Shown: positions 12,211-25,602 of the stretch, piece by piece | Layout of the letters: the number at the start of each line of letters is the position of its first letter | How positions within the stretch are numbered: position 1 is the first letter of the stretch | From: Callorhinchus milii | Taxonomy: Eukaryota | Assembly (NCBI RefSeq): GCF_018977255.1 | Contig: NW_024704743.1 | Location: 107,634,001-107,698,000 of the forward strand | Direction of reading: 5' to 3' | DNA: 64,000 bases | Notes under the pieces: model-generated | Databases searched by the model: none | What the model saw: only the letters and a program-made list of their open reading frames with translations | What the model was told of the DNA's origin: nothing | Made by a program: the position numbers and the translations under genes

Positions 12211-15200
12211 GTATCAAACAGCTACTAGATTGCGTGGAATTATACCCAAAGAAGAGCTTGCTTGTCCTGCCTTCAGGAAGGGAAGAGAGAGAAGTAATAA
12301 AAGAAAGGTGGCAAGAGTTAAAAATGAAAATAGAAAGAAATCGCCTATATATGCTGTCCCAAATACTCCTTTTCTTTCCCTGGATTTGATATTAGACTAC
12401 AACTTACACTGCTAGATTTATGCTGCACTTTAGAGCATTGGGTCGCCACTATGCCTTTCCACGTCTAAAGAAATTGTATAAACCCATTCACTTTCTAACT
12501 CCAAAAGGAGCATTTGATCTCCAAATATTTCCAGTTGACAAAGGATGCCAGTATTGTGACCTAGCAGGCTCATTCTGCACCTGCTTTTTGATTTCAATTA
12601 TCTGAAGTCTGATGCAACAAAATCCTACTTAGGGTACCACTGCAAACAATGATATCTTTGCGAGTCATTCAAAAGGAATTCTGGTTCAGGTTAATATGAT
12701 TCTCTGTTAATGAGAAAGTCATAAGGAAGCCCATGTTGTGATACCTGATTATACAACTACCTCCATATGGCAGCAGTAATACAAAGCTGTCTGTTTAGAT
12801 GACGGAAACTACCCCCCCCCCCACCCCGGTCATTCACTTTGTGGGCATTTGAGCATTACTCGTGCTCAGTTCTCCTTTTTCACTGTCCTCCCCGCCTTCT
12901 TTCCCTCCTTGATCCACAGCTTCCAACCTGGGAATTCTCCACCCGATTCATCATGGCCAGAACTGTTTCCCCTCAAGACCTTTAAACTCCTTTCTAATTT
13001 AGTTTGAAAACCTTAGGCTTCTGGGCGATTATTACAGGAATGCTTAAAAGTTAAACCCTGAAAAAGTAGCAAATTACTAATGTTGTAAATCACTATATAA
13101 TGCCTTTATATCTAGAAGTTTGTAAAGTCACTTTTTAGAAGGAAACTGAACATTATGGACTAAGAACTACCCTGGTTCACACAAGCCAGACAGCAATAAG
13201 AATGGTAAAATTGGCTTCAGGATTTCTGAGCTAAGAAGTGAAATTCAGGCAGGTTTTCTGTTTTTTCAGGAATATTTCATTTAACTAAGTGCCTATATAG
13301 AGACGCGGTTGCAACATGTAAAAGGCCTTTCAACTCGATTTTAAGTGTTTTTACCTTATCTACCTTACGGGTAAGTTATTGAGACATTAGATGGTCATTT
13401 ACCCCTTTTCTTCAGGGTACTAGTCTGCAGCAAATCATGAATTCCATGCCAAGTATATAGACATGGAGCGGGCATACTGGTAATCATATTCGTGTCTTCT
13501 AGAATAGGATCGCGTTTGTGTGTGTGTGTAAGGTTGTTTCATACAGATTGAAGAAAACAGTGAATGTTGAAAAGCTGAAACAAAGCCAGAAAATGCTGGA
13601 AATCTACAGCAGATTTATCAGCATCTGAAATTTTTTTGGGGTGCAGCATTTCATCAGAAACTTGAACTTGTCATTCAATGCAGATCATTTTGCCATACAT
13701 TTCCTTTATATTCTGCTTTGAAACCGCAAAGGGTTTCAAAAAGTAACTCGACTAGTACCTGACGTAAATGTTTTAGGGTTTTTAGATTTATAGAGAGATG
13801 CGTTGAAGCAATCTTGAGAGAAGCTAAATGCATAATTATGTTGGTCTTTGGTTTACTCCTTTCTGAAATTGGTACTATGTTTCTTCATACTGGTATTGCG
13901 TGAGGTTATACATTTCAAGATGCTTGATATGGATAAAACCTTCCATGCTTCCTCCTTAATGGTCTATGCTGAGTTTACTATTCTGGATGTGATTATATAC
14001 CTCTCCCATTTTTTTAAATGCATAAAAACATAAAATGTGTTTTTATCTGATTTTGTTTTTAGTGTTTTATGTTGCACTGTCTGAGGTCAGCTCAGTCCAC
14101 ACAAACTACAGACTGAACCTTGGACTTTACTGGTCAATGTGGCTCGATCTAACACCATTCAAGTTGCTAATGAATCATTACAGAAGTTACAATAATAAAT
14201 CTCAGGCATACTGTATTTGTCAAAAATAAATTATGATTGTGGTCAGGATTTTAGTTTTAATACTCGCCTAAAAGAAGAGCAATTTGAAGTCTGCTTTTGT
14301 GATCAGCTCAGCATAAATGATCTATTTCCACTAACATTATTCAGGAATGGTGATTGTTTTATCATCACATATTATTTGCATACTATTTATTTTCACATTC
14401 CTTTCAAATACTTTTCGATCATCAAGAACTTAAATATTCTTAAAAAGGATTTGTGGTCAAAATAACTTGAGTAATACATTCACTAATTCAATACCTAGTT
14501 TCCAGTATAAATTTAGTTTTATAATTTTATCTACACAACAATTTTTGCTACACTTGTTGAGAGCAGCCATTGATTTCTATGGAGAGATAGTTGGCCTTTT
14601 GTTGCCAGATGATGTCACTTTGCTGGTTGATATTACATGGAAGTTTGTGTGCATTTTTTCCCTTCCGCAGATGGCATAATGACCATTAATATTGTGAGGG
14701 GAGAGGGGAAGACAACTAGTGTGTGGGAGTGGTGGGGGAATAGATGATGCTCTTCTTATTTAACTAGTAAAAAGTATTTTGTGAAATATATCTTTTACAA
14801 AAACTGTTCTTTCAACTGTTTGACTTAATTTCCCATTTAGCCGGCAGGAGTACATTCATTTTGCAAGTATTTTCAGCAATCAAAGTAGCAAATCATACTT
14901 TTTACAATGTTCATTTTTTCAGACATGAATGAAATTATAAAAATGAAGGTACAACAACAACAAAATTACATTTGTATAGCACCTTTCATGTCGAGAGGAT
15001 GTCCCAAGGCGCTGGGCAAAAAGGCAGAACAACAAACTGGATGAAGTGTTTATTTTGGATCCGGTAATTTACTCTTGAAGTGATTTTCTTCTACTTTCTC
15101 TCCTAAAAGTTGCCTCTCATACCTGCGTATATAATTCCATGAATGTTGACTGGCCATTGGCACTTCATGAAACCAGCAATTTGATGTGTGAAAACCTAGA

Positions 15201-15874
15201 ACGTTGCCCTAGTGTGAATTCCAACCCCCCAAATAAGTTGTACTACATGCTTTTGGTCAATGTTTTAATTCAAACCTCATTACATCAACTCTTACACAAA
15301 TTAATTATTTCCCAAGAGTGTGGAAATCTTTTACCACCCTCAGGCTTTCCTTCCTTCTACAAACCTGCACACTTTCAAAACCCAAGATTGGTGTTGCCTA
15401 ACACACTTGATTTATCTAGTCTTTTGCTATTTTCCACCGTAATGATTTTCTACACTATATTATGGGCCTTGGCCCTTCACCTAGGTTTCTTACTCTAAAA
15501 GGCGCTTAGTATCAGTGAGCTGCTTAACTATGGAGGCAGTGATACCATTGCCGACCACATATTTCATTTTTAATCCAAGTGTCACATCTGGTTTGGTGAT
15601 CTATTGGTATTTTCCCTCGAGGTAAGTGTAAGGGGGATGAAGGACGGGATGTTCTACTAGCGTGCTTTAGGGACTTGGGTCATCATGAGTTAAGTGTTGG
15701 TTTTGGATTAAGCCAGATCGGCATATTTGCGTCTTGCTGTGGCACATATCTATGTAATCTGAATAACAAGAAATGTTAATGCTTGTTTGACTGCTAAAGT
15801 CATTTTTTGACAGTGTCCTAGTTTCCATTCTGTATAAAAATAATCCAGGTGATGCTTTCTGATGATGTTTCTTG

Positions 15875-16150
15875 CATAGTGGAATAATCTCGCCTCTGAA
15901 TCAGAAGTTTGTGGGTTCAATTCTCACGCCTGGATTTAGAATCACATAATCTAAGATAACAGTCCAATACACCGCTTGGGGTGTGTTGCATTGTCAAAGA
16001 TGCAATCCTTCAGGTGAGACGTTTAAACCAAGGTCCCTTCTGCTTGTTCAGGTAGACGTTAAAGATCCCATGGCACTATTCGAAAAGAGAAGAGAGTTTC
16101 TTCTGGTATCCTAGCCAGCAAATTCCCAAATAAAGTTGGTCATTCACTCC
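15875..16150 (+). mobile_element. Deu-domain SINE (DeuSINE superfamily, SacSINE1/AmnSINE-like), diverged
   Basis: tRNA-like head (GGGTTCAATTCT), then GAGACGTTTAAACCAAGGTCCC...AAAGATCCCATGGCACTATTCGAA, which matches the Deu domain as I recall it. Confidence 0.75.
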
Positions 16151-18569
16151 ATGGAGTACAGTGTGTATAAAACCACCGAAAATCCATTCTCCTATGATCC
16201 CAGGCAGGCTTGTGCATCTTGGATAATTCAACATACATATTCATCCATGGCCTCAAATCTAGATTTGTCTTGGCAACTTTATGAGTGGAAGAGTTTTCAA
16301 TTCAATTTTGGCTTTCTCACCTGTTTGGCATAATTAAGGGAAATGGTAACCTCGAGAGTATTGAATTTATGAACAATATGAGCACTTGATAAAGATCTGG
16401 GTTCCATTCTGTTAAATGTCAGAGAGTACAGACAGACATGATGAGATGGATCCTGGAAAAGGTTGAGTGTTTCAAGAGCCACTTAAATGTTTGTTTCCTT
16501 GGACTGTCTGTTCCTGGTGGTATGCCTTGCCTGGGTGATTAAAAACGTTCCCTTTTCTGCCTTTTAACTGGAGCTGTGCAGTAAATATATAGCTAAACTG
16601 GATAACGTATCCTTGTTTGCCGTATGGGATCTATTGCAAAGGTTCTGCGTTAGTTTTATTTTGCTGCTTTTGTATTTTCACCTGAAGGCTATGCATGGCA
16701 TATTTTACAGTGTCAAATGAATTTGTTCGCTTGTTAGATATGTTGCTTGCAAAGACTATTGTACTTGTAATCAATCCAGTAAAAAAAATCTTAACTTTGA
16801 TTTTCATTTTCTTTGGAGCTGTAGACTGTATTCTTTGAGTGAGTGGTAAACTGTATTTGCCTAGTGTCTTTGCCTTTCCACGCCCACCCTCCCAACCAAA
16901 ACCAATGTATCCAAGGGTGGATGTCCTACTTTTGGGTCTTCTCAGTGAGATGTACTGCAGTAGCAATGGGTGTGGGGGGAGGAGAAATACTTGTGGAGCT
17001 ATTGTGGGACATGTCAGATATGATATGGTATTATTTTGGTAAAATACTTCAGATGTTGAAGCTACAATGATATTGTCATCATTTAGTTCCCATTTTGATA
17101 TTATGCCACAAATTGGCAAATGGTGCAACATGAGTTTTAAATGTAGTACCAGCTCCACAGCTGGAGCCCACACAGCACACACATACTGACTTGTCCTCAC
17201 TTGCACTTAGAAAGTTTGAAGTAAACCAGAGCACCCAACATGTGTGGGCCATTTTACCCAGTTACACACCCTGAAATCTATTTACCACATGAGGCGACCC
17301 CCTCGGAAGACGCGATTCATGCTGTTAAGTCGGCCAGTTCCTATTTGCATTACTTTTCATGGTCCTGGTCAGCTGTTCTAAGGAGGCCAACTTTGTGTTA
17401 ATGTACTAAAAAAAATTGGTGCCAGATTTTGGTTCATGCTGATGTAAATTTGGTGTCTTGTTCATACTATACTTCATACTATACTTGGAACGTCCTCCCG
17501 ACGTGAAAGCCATTCTATAAATGCAATCTTGTTGTTGTTGTATACTCCAGTGGCATAAGTCAAATTTCTGGCCTCTGTCCTTTTGGGGATAAATATAAAA
17601 CTTTAAAAAAATTAAGTATTGTGCAAAATATAAATAAATGGAAAAAACAGATGGGTGCAGTAGCAGATAAAGTTGTTTCCCTGTTGGTATGGAATCGTGT
17701 GTTTAAACAAATCGGGGAATTATAGAATTTTTTTATACCTTTTTAATTTTTCGAAACGCCAAGGCAACCTGCTATTTTTTTAAATATTGGTGCACTTTAA
17801 ATTGGAATTGTGGCATTCATCTTTATACAACTATAGATTCTGCCATTATAATCTGAGCCTATAATTGTATACTTAAACTTGTTGCATAGCATGCCTGGTG
17901 CAGTGCTGACACAGGTACAGATTTGGAGTTCAGAGCTGTTTATTTCTAAATGATTGGACCCTATTTGAACTTCTATTATAGTGTGTCTGCATTTGATGAA
18001 TCTGCCTTGTTTTCCAAAGGTTTTTTCTCTTCCAATTTCCTGGTGTTTCACAGGCTGCTCGGGAGCGGGTGAATGGACAAGATTAGGGCACATCACCACC
18101 AAACTCATTCTATCGTCTAATATTGGGATGTTCTCCTGACGTGAAAGGCGCGATACAAATGTAATTTGATGTTGTTGATATCCAGATATTCACTTTTCAA
18201 TAGGGTTCGATGCAAGGCGATCAAGAGTGAATTTTCCTCAGGCCTCTCCGAAACATGGGGCCAAATGCAGCACTTTTACTGCTGCTCTAGCTGAGATCAG
18301 CATCTAATCACAAAACAGGAATCAAATCTACCCTTGGATCAATTTCACATTGAGTAGTCCTTTTACCAACTGAGCCATTGGTGAATGTTGCAAATCTTTG
18401 AGAGGATGAGCATTTACTGCACAAGATTCCTGAAACTCTACACTGGGTTCTGTGTCAATTTGGTATGAAAATGGCCAGCGCTATTCATGTGGAAGGGGAA
18501 AGGTCGATATCACCCTGATGCAGTGTGAAAATAAGGCAGAGCTTGCATTGAAAGTTTAACCAAATTAAG

Positions 18570-18613
18570 CAAATATATAGGGAATGTTATACAAATATAT
18601 AGGGAATGTTATA
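18570..18613. repeat. Perfect 22-bp tandem duplication
   Basis: CAAATATATAGGGAATGTTATA twice in a row. Confidence 0.95.
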
Positions 18614-19687
18614 CTGACAGGTTTCGGACAGGGCAGGAAAAAATTATCTTGTCCCAGACGTGACATGAGCTCTTGTTTTTTGAAAAGGAGAGAAAATATT
18701 TATATGAATTAATTTTGCAACAATTAGTTTTGTTTTTCATTAATTAAACTTTGGTAGAAGCCTGATCGTAAACCGCTATTTTGCAAAAACTGTAATGATG
18801 TGAGGTGAAACTATAGCATTCTGTTTAGAAAATGGGACTTCTGGTCCTGGATAAACTTTTTGAAGTGAAATTAGACGTTTAAAATAAAAACATTCAATTT
18901 CCTTTCAGATGAAAAGGAAATTGAGCTTTGTGAATTGCTGCTGTATATGTGTTAAACAGTATAATTGGTAGTGAATTGATATGAATAATGTGGTGGAAGG
19001 GAAGGAGAAAACATTCTATGTAGTTTTGAATGATACACTTGTTGCATTTTGAAAGTTATGATTTTTTAAAAAATCCAATATTACGTAAAATGTAGATGTA
19101 AATACCTACTTCCATTCCAGAATATAGGAAAGCTTAGATGTATGTTATAAATCTCTGACCTTGGAGAATGGAATTGTTCCTTCAGAAACTTAAATTGTTT
19201 TGTAAGTATTCTCCCCACATCAAACATTGGACTCTCCTGGGCATGCTCGTGGCTATCCACTTGTGTGTTTGTAAGAAACAATATTTCACTGCAATTTTAA
19301 GTTAAACTTCCCTTTGGATTTGTACAAAATGTTGCAAGGGAGTTTCATTCTATTGTCCAGTTTCCAGTTAGAAAAAGGTATAATGTAAACCATTTGTATA
19401 TTTGAACAATTCTTTTGCTTACTCATTCCCTTCAGCAATGGAGCTGGAAACCATACCTTTGAATTTAGCCATTGATGAGGGGTTATCTATGACCATAGTT
19501 TTTAAGTAAGCTTAAAAGTAATTTAGAATAATATATCCTTGCATTTGATTTCCTCTCATAGCACACACTTCCTCCTCCCCCCACTTAGCACATACTTCCT
19601 TTTCCTCCCACACTTTTATTTCTCTTAAGTGCGTATCCAGCTGAGTGAGCCGCTAAGAGAGAGACATAAGAGTGATTTGTACATGAC

Positions 19688-20001
19688 TAATAATAATAAT
19701 CCTTGCATTTGATATTACGCTTTTCATGTCGGGTGGACGTCTCAAAGCGCTTCACAGAACATACTGTAAAGTGAATTGACTGTATATTTGTGGGCGAACG
19801 CGGCAGCCAGTTGCGCACAGCAATTTCCCATAAACAGTCGTAGATTGAAAATGACCAATTTATTATTGTTTTTGGATTTGGAGGGATTATTATTAGGCGT
19901 GTGGAGTAAGGAAACCTGCCCAAGGTTTCGCCCTGCCTGGAATTGAACTCGGGTCTCTTGCTTGCAAAGCGAGTGCTCTAACCACTGAGCTACAGGACTC
20001 C
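19688..20001 (-). mobile_element. tRNA-Ala-derived SINE, full length
   Basis: Close reverse-complement match to 37605-37907 along its whole length, including the (TTA)n tail. Confidence 0.93.
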
Positions 20002-23000
20002 ACAGGACTATTTCAGTTTCCTCTAATCACTCCTCCTCTGAGGAGAGGAGTGGCTGGGCTTTACTCGGTGTTCCCTATAGTAACATGCCCATATGCATGC
20101 CCATGAACTTTAAATTCTACTTATAAAGAGTTTTGAATTTATGTTGTAAAAGTATGGTTGTTTACTCAATCCCATTATGGAGTTAAAAGAAAACTACCAC
20201 CTGTTGACCTCTGATGTGACCTGGATTGAAGGTGTGAAGCAGGAAATTTATCAGCCTGGTATAAATGTCTGATGTGAATCTCCTGCTGTCTTCTGCAGAA
20301 GGCAAGCTGCATACGTTAAACTGGTAATTTAACACCACTCTGTGTATGACCTGAATTTGGGACACTGTATATATGCTAGAAGAACTCATTCTATTTTGTT
20401 CAGCTCTGCCATAACAGAATATAATTTTACGGGGCCTCTACAGTGTAAATTGGGGACCAGATATTGAACTATGCAATAACCTGGTACTTCAGTTGGTAGC
20501 TGGCTGCTGAACACCTGCATGTCATATCAGTTATGCATTGTGGATGAATTTTTGCTGTGAGTTGGTTTAACTATTTAAGCTAAATTGTGTTAGCAACTGG
20601 AGTGATCCTGTGCTGATCCATAAACTTGTTTAAATTATTCACGGGCTGATTGAAAATCAGAATAATTCATTGCGTGCTTTAACTGAATTTGACTTTAAAT
20701 TGAGTTCTGAAAGAGAAAAATGTTTTTGTAGCTAACTTGGAGCTGATGTGTTCCCCCCCCCCCCCCGCCCCTTCACTGCTCATGGTGGAAGTCGGGCTTG
20801 TTTTTGTTGGAAAAAAGTTCTCAGTATGTTATCAAAAGGCAAAAGTTTTAAAGTTGAATATGTGTTATATGAATGAACAAAAGTGTTCCATAGTATGTTT
20901 TTGTATGTAAACTTCTCCGGACTCTGACCCAACTCCTATGTTCGATTCAAAGTCAAAAGCAGAAACTGGACAAGGAGTTAGGTTTCTATGAAAGCCCTTG
21001 TCTCTGGAGTTGCTGAATAGGTTTGCTTATGTGATGGAAACAGGCCTGTGATAGTAGGAGTAATAGGAGAGGGGTTAGGGGTAATGAAGGGAATCATACA
21101 TAGAGAATGCAGTTGTTAATTGTATAAGTAAGCCAGCACATTTAATATACAAGTGTAATTTCTGGCCTGAGAAGCACCTATCTAGTTTAGGAATGGAATA
21201 TACATTTAATGCATTCTAATCTAATGCAAAACAGCAGTGTCTGAAAGAAGCGGCCATGCATGCTTATAACAGCCAGAGCCCTGCGCAAAACCCTCTAGCT
21301 TACTGTTGTGACCTCTGCCCTTTTGTATCCTGTGACACTCAGCCTGTCTTTGTACTGGAGTTTATTCATGATGGATAAGTTGCCCCCAATCACATATGCT
21401 GTGCTGCGAAAGAGGAACAGATAAATTATTTTCAGCTGCAGTCAATCCTTGGAAAAAGGAATGTAGTAGTGAGTCTAAAAGGAGCCTGTTTCAGTGGAGG
21501 CCCCTATGGCATTATGGGGACAACCTGCAATCTCAAACAGCTCTTTCAATGAGAGATGTGCTGGATTGACCCTTTTAAAACCTTTTTAATGTAAAACAAT
21601 GTAGGAAATGACTAGGTTTGTTAATCAGTGACTGCAGAAACTGGGAAGAAATTTGGGTCTTAATAGTTGTCAGTTGTAGCTATTTTTCTGTTCCTCAGCA
21701 TGTCGCCATTGGGCCCCACCCTTTGGATCCTCTGGTAATTTAGCCCCAGCTTTATGGCAAATGTAATTGCCTGGAGACCTCTTGATGGCTGGTAGTGATA
21801 TTGCCCTGTTTCCCCCTTCTTCTCCTCCCCCACCTACTTCTCCATCCATTTTCTTGTTAATCTGTCATAGTGTGTTGTGATTAGTTCACTGGTTTAGCAC
21901 AAAGCATTAAATGCTAAAATATGAGCCTGCCTGTTTTCAGGCTGGTGACCTTGCAGAAATGTAAACGTTTTCATGACAATCACATCCCCATCAGCTAAAA
22001 TTCTACTTTCTCTGTGTGAAAACATTGCTTTCTTCCGGTGCCAGGGATTAAGGATCATTGCACCTTAAATAAAAAAATTGGGTCAGTGAGTACAGTGGGG
22101 GCAGATGGTTGTGAAGCTGCTTTGCTCCATGCTGTGTAATTGTACTTGTGAATGTCATAGCTGACCAGGATGTTCTGAAATGGTGTTGAGCAATGTACAG
22201 TGCCAAATTGAGAGACAATGACAACATCGATGCTATTCATTCAAACTTGTGGTGAGGTAGTTATAGTTGAAATACTCTAGTTTCCTATTGTTCCTGTTGA
22301 TTTAAAAAATGGACGGTTCACTGTCCATTCCTTTCAGGCAAGGGTAAAGGTATGGTTTATTTTGATGGGGTGGGGGAGGGATGGGTGTGGCAGAAAATAT
22401 GTCATCCTTGCTCAAAAAGAATGATCAGTCAAGTAAACTGCAAGCAATAACTTAGTCTTGAGAAGATTTAATGTAGCTGTGATACAGAAATAAAAGGAGT
22501 AATTATATTGCAGTGTTCTTCAATTTTCTCTCGTCCTTTTGTACTGTGAGGACAGTTGTGATGGCTCTGACTTTATGGAGGTTGAGCTGCACTAGTAAAT
22601 GGTCATCCTGCTGTTTAGCTTTGTCTGAATGGTAAAGGGATAGTGAAAGAGTAATCTGCCAGAGACTCCAGCTGGAATACGCTCGCACTTAGTCACAAAT
22701 GGAGCTTGTTACATCACTGGTAATCTGTTTGTCTCGGGGTGAGTGATGAACCCTGTGGCTGCGCTTCCTTTGTCAGGATCATTTAGAAAGTGTGGCCTGG
22801 ATCTCCAGTGTAATGGACACTGAGGTGGTTGTTCTATATCTCAATGAAGTCAGAAATTGTTTCATGGACTGCTTCATTTTTAGCATCAAGATATAAAGGC
22901 AAATGTTAATGTCTGTACACTTGTTTGCCAGAGAATTTAAAGTTACTGTAAATGTGTCGCAGAGATGTTTATTTGAAATATTAGTCAAAACTGGAAGTAG

Positions 23001-23762
23001 CTTTTAGTAACCGTTGAGTTTCAACAAATGCAGAACTAATTTGAAAGTAAATCTAAGGATAAATCGAGATGGAAGATTTTGAAAATGTATTTTGTTGGAT
23101 CAGCTATACATTTAAGTAGTCACATTTTAAATAAGGTTTTTAAAAATTCTTTGACACACTTTTCCTACAAATCCTTTGGTCTCTCCATCTGAACTTAGTG
23201 CATCGTTGCATCAATAATTCTGCTTATATATCTGATTGTCGCTCTTGGGGATGGTAAAGGTTAAGGACATAGTGGAGGAGGTTGGAGCATTTGTTCGGCT
23301 CTACTCTAGCAGATGGGGTGCTCTGCTATATTCATACAGCTGCCTGCCTGGTGTGGCGGCAGCTGCTGTGGCTGCAGTTCATGTCCTTTTGTTCTTTTGC
23401 AACCAAGAATGTAGAACTGGGGAGTGTAATGAAGAATGAAATAATGGGTCAGGTTAGTGCCTGCATCGGTTATGAATAATCTATTGTGTAGGATGCGCTT
23501 GGTACAAACTTTTAAGCAATGCTTCATGTAAATACTTTGAGAATTTACCCAAAGGATTGCAGTTTTGCTCGTATGATCTTATTTTTAAACTAAGAAAGCT
23601 TAGTATATCCTCTTGTGTTAGTGCATATGAGAAGGAGTTGTGGGAAGGTATATCTTAAAGCGGCTTTATTGTTTTTTATATATATATATATTGTGTGTGT
23701 GTGTGTCACATCATTCATTCCATTTGTCCCCAATTTTATTTTATTTTTCATTTTTTCCATAG

Positions 23763-23949
23763 GACCTGTAACCAGACTTTGCCTCACACTGAATTGTCCA
23801 AAAGAATTAAGGAAATGTGGAGTGACATGCAGTTGATTAGTCATAGGATTTAAGGCTTTGAGGACATACACCTCGAAGGGAAGCGAGTGAGGTGAAGCAG
23901 AGAATAGTTCACTTTTTGTGCCACGGGGGGAGCTGTGAGCACAAGGAAG
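23763..23949 (+). other. CHD7: 5'UTR portion of CHD7 exon 2
   Basis: T-rich tract ending TTTTTTCCATAG (AG 23761-23762), 187 nt before the ATG. Length and sequence resemble the human exon 2 UTR as recalled. Confidence 0.85.
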
Positions 23950-25602
23950 ATGGCAGATCCGGGTATGATGAGTTTATTTGGTGATGATGGGAACATTTTC
24001 AGTGAAGGGCTTGAAGGTCTTGGAGAATGTGGTTTTTCAGAGAATCCAGTGAATGCTCTTGGGCAGCAACTACCCATGGATCAAGGATTTGGCTCCATGC
24101 AGTCTCCCCTCCATCATCCCCCACCCACTCAGACTCAAACGAAGCTGACTCATTTTGATCATTTTGGTCCGTTTGAACAGCAGAAAATGCATCTGGTAGA
24201 TCAGCCTAATCGAATGATTGGTAATGCTCCTGGGAATGGCATGGCGTCGCCTCACTCACAGTACCACAATCCCCCAGTTCCACCGGTTCCTCACAGTGGT
24301 GCTCAGATGGGAGTTTACCCAACTATGCAGAACGAAAGGTGTGCACCGCAGTTTGTGGATAGCAGCTCCATGTGGGGACCACGTGCTGTCCAAGTTCCAG
24401 ACCAGATTCGACCTGCCTTCCAGCAACAGCAGCAGCCACCGCCACCACCTCAGGGGCAAGGGCATGCTCAGCATATGCAACAGATGGGGAATTACCTGAC
24501 TCGTGATTATACATTGCAGCAGCACAACCAGCCTCAACAGCAGAGGGTGAACCAATTTGCTCAAGGTCAGGAGGCCCTCAGTCAGGGAAATCCCTTCATG
24601 GGAACCTCAGGACCAGGCCACTTATCTCATATGCCCCAGCAAACCCCCAACATGGGCCCTTCCTTGCGTCATGCTCCAACTCCGCAATATCACCCTCATC
24701 CCCCTCCACCTGGCACTCTCCATGGGGATTCAATTGCTCACAGTCCTAGATTCTCCCCAAATCCATCTCAGCAACCCAGTAGCAGGCAACAGAACATAAC
24801 CTTTACTTCACGTAGCCAGGCAGTACCTTCACAATCTGTAAGTAGCTCAGGGCAGTATTCTCAATATCCTTACAGTAACATTAATCAGGGATTAGTTAAC
24901 AGTAATACAGGGATCAATCAAAACCTAGGCCTTAATAATAACCCTTCTGTGAACCAGTCAATACCCCGTTATCCAAATACTGTGGGATTCCCAACTGGCA
25001 CAAGCCAGGGACTAATGCACCAGCAACCTATACATCCAGGTGGTCCGCTCAACCAAATTAATGCACAAACTATGCACCCCACACAGTCTCAGGGAACATA
25101 TGCTTCTCCACCTCCAATGTCGCCTATGAAAGCTATGAGTAACCCAGCAGGTACCCCTCCCCCACAGGTTAGGCCTGGCAGTGCTGGAATGCAGCTGGAG
25201 GTTGGAAGCTATCCAAACATACCTCTGTCTCAACAGCCACATCAGTCCCCAGGCACCATGGGACTTGGACAGAGGACCATGGGACCCAGAAACATGCAGC
25301 AAACACAACAGTACATGAGCCCTTCTCCTGTGCCACGGGACATTGGCAGCCTTCCAAGACCAGTCGGGGCACTGGGTCCCAGTGGGAATCATGCAGATCA
25401 GGTGATGCAGGAACGTTTATTACCTAGCCAACAGCACCCAAATCAGCCTTTTCAGCCTCAATTGCCAACCTGTTCACCCATGCAACAGCATGCAGCAGTG
25501 CATCATCAAACTTCTCCTACACCACATCAGCATCAACCGTGGATACAGTCACAGCATTCATCACCTCAGGCTGCACCACAGCAAGTGCCTGTCCAGCAAC
25601 AG
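23950..25602 (+). CDS. CHD7: CHD7 first coding exon (exon 2 equivalent), 551 codons, Q/P-rich N-terminus
   Basis: Translation [29 protein letters not shown]...TKLTHFDH...[18 protein letters not shown]...[30 protein letters not shown] matches the CHD7 N-terminus as I recall it. ATG in strong context (AAGATGG). Ends at CAG|GTGAGT (intron starts 25603), 1653 nt, phase 0. Confidence 0.97.

Noticed and set aside
16631..17206. 191-aa minus-strand ORF
   Set aside because: GTG start, no recognisable domain, intronic antisense position.
23764..23853. UTR frame reading LPHTELSKRIKEMWSDM, superficially like an HMG-box helix
   Set aside because: Too short. With the candidate exon ending at 6066 an in-frame TAG lies just upstream, so this is probably coincidence.
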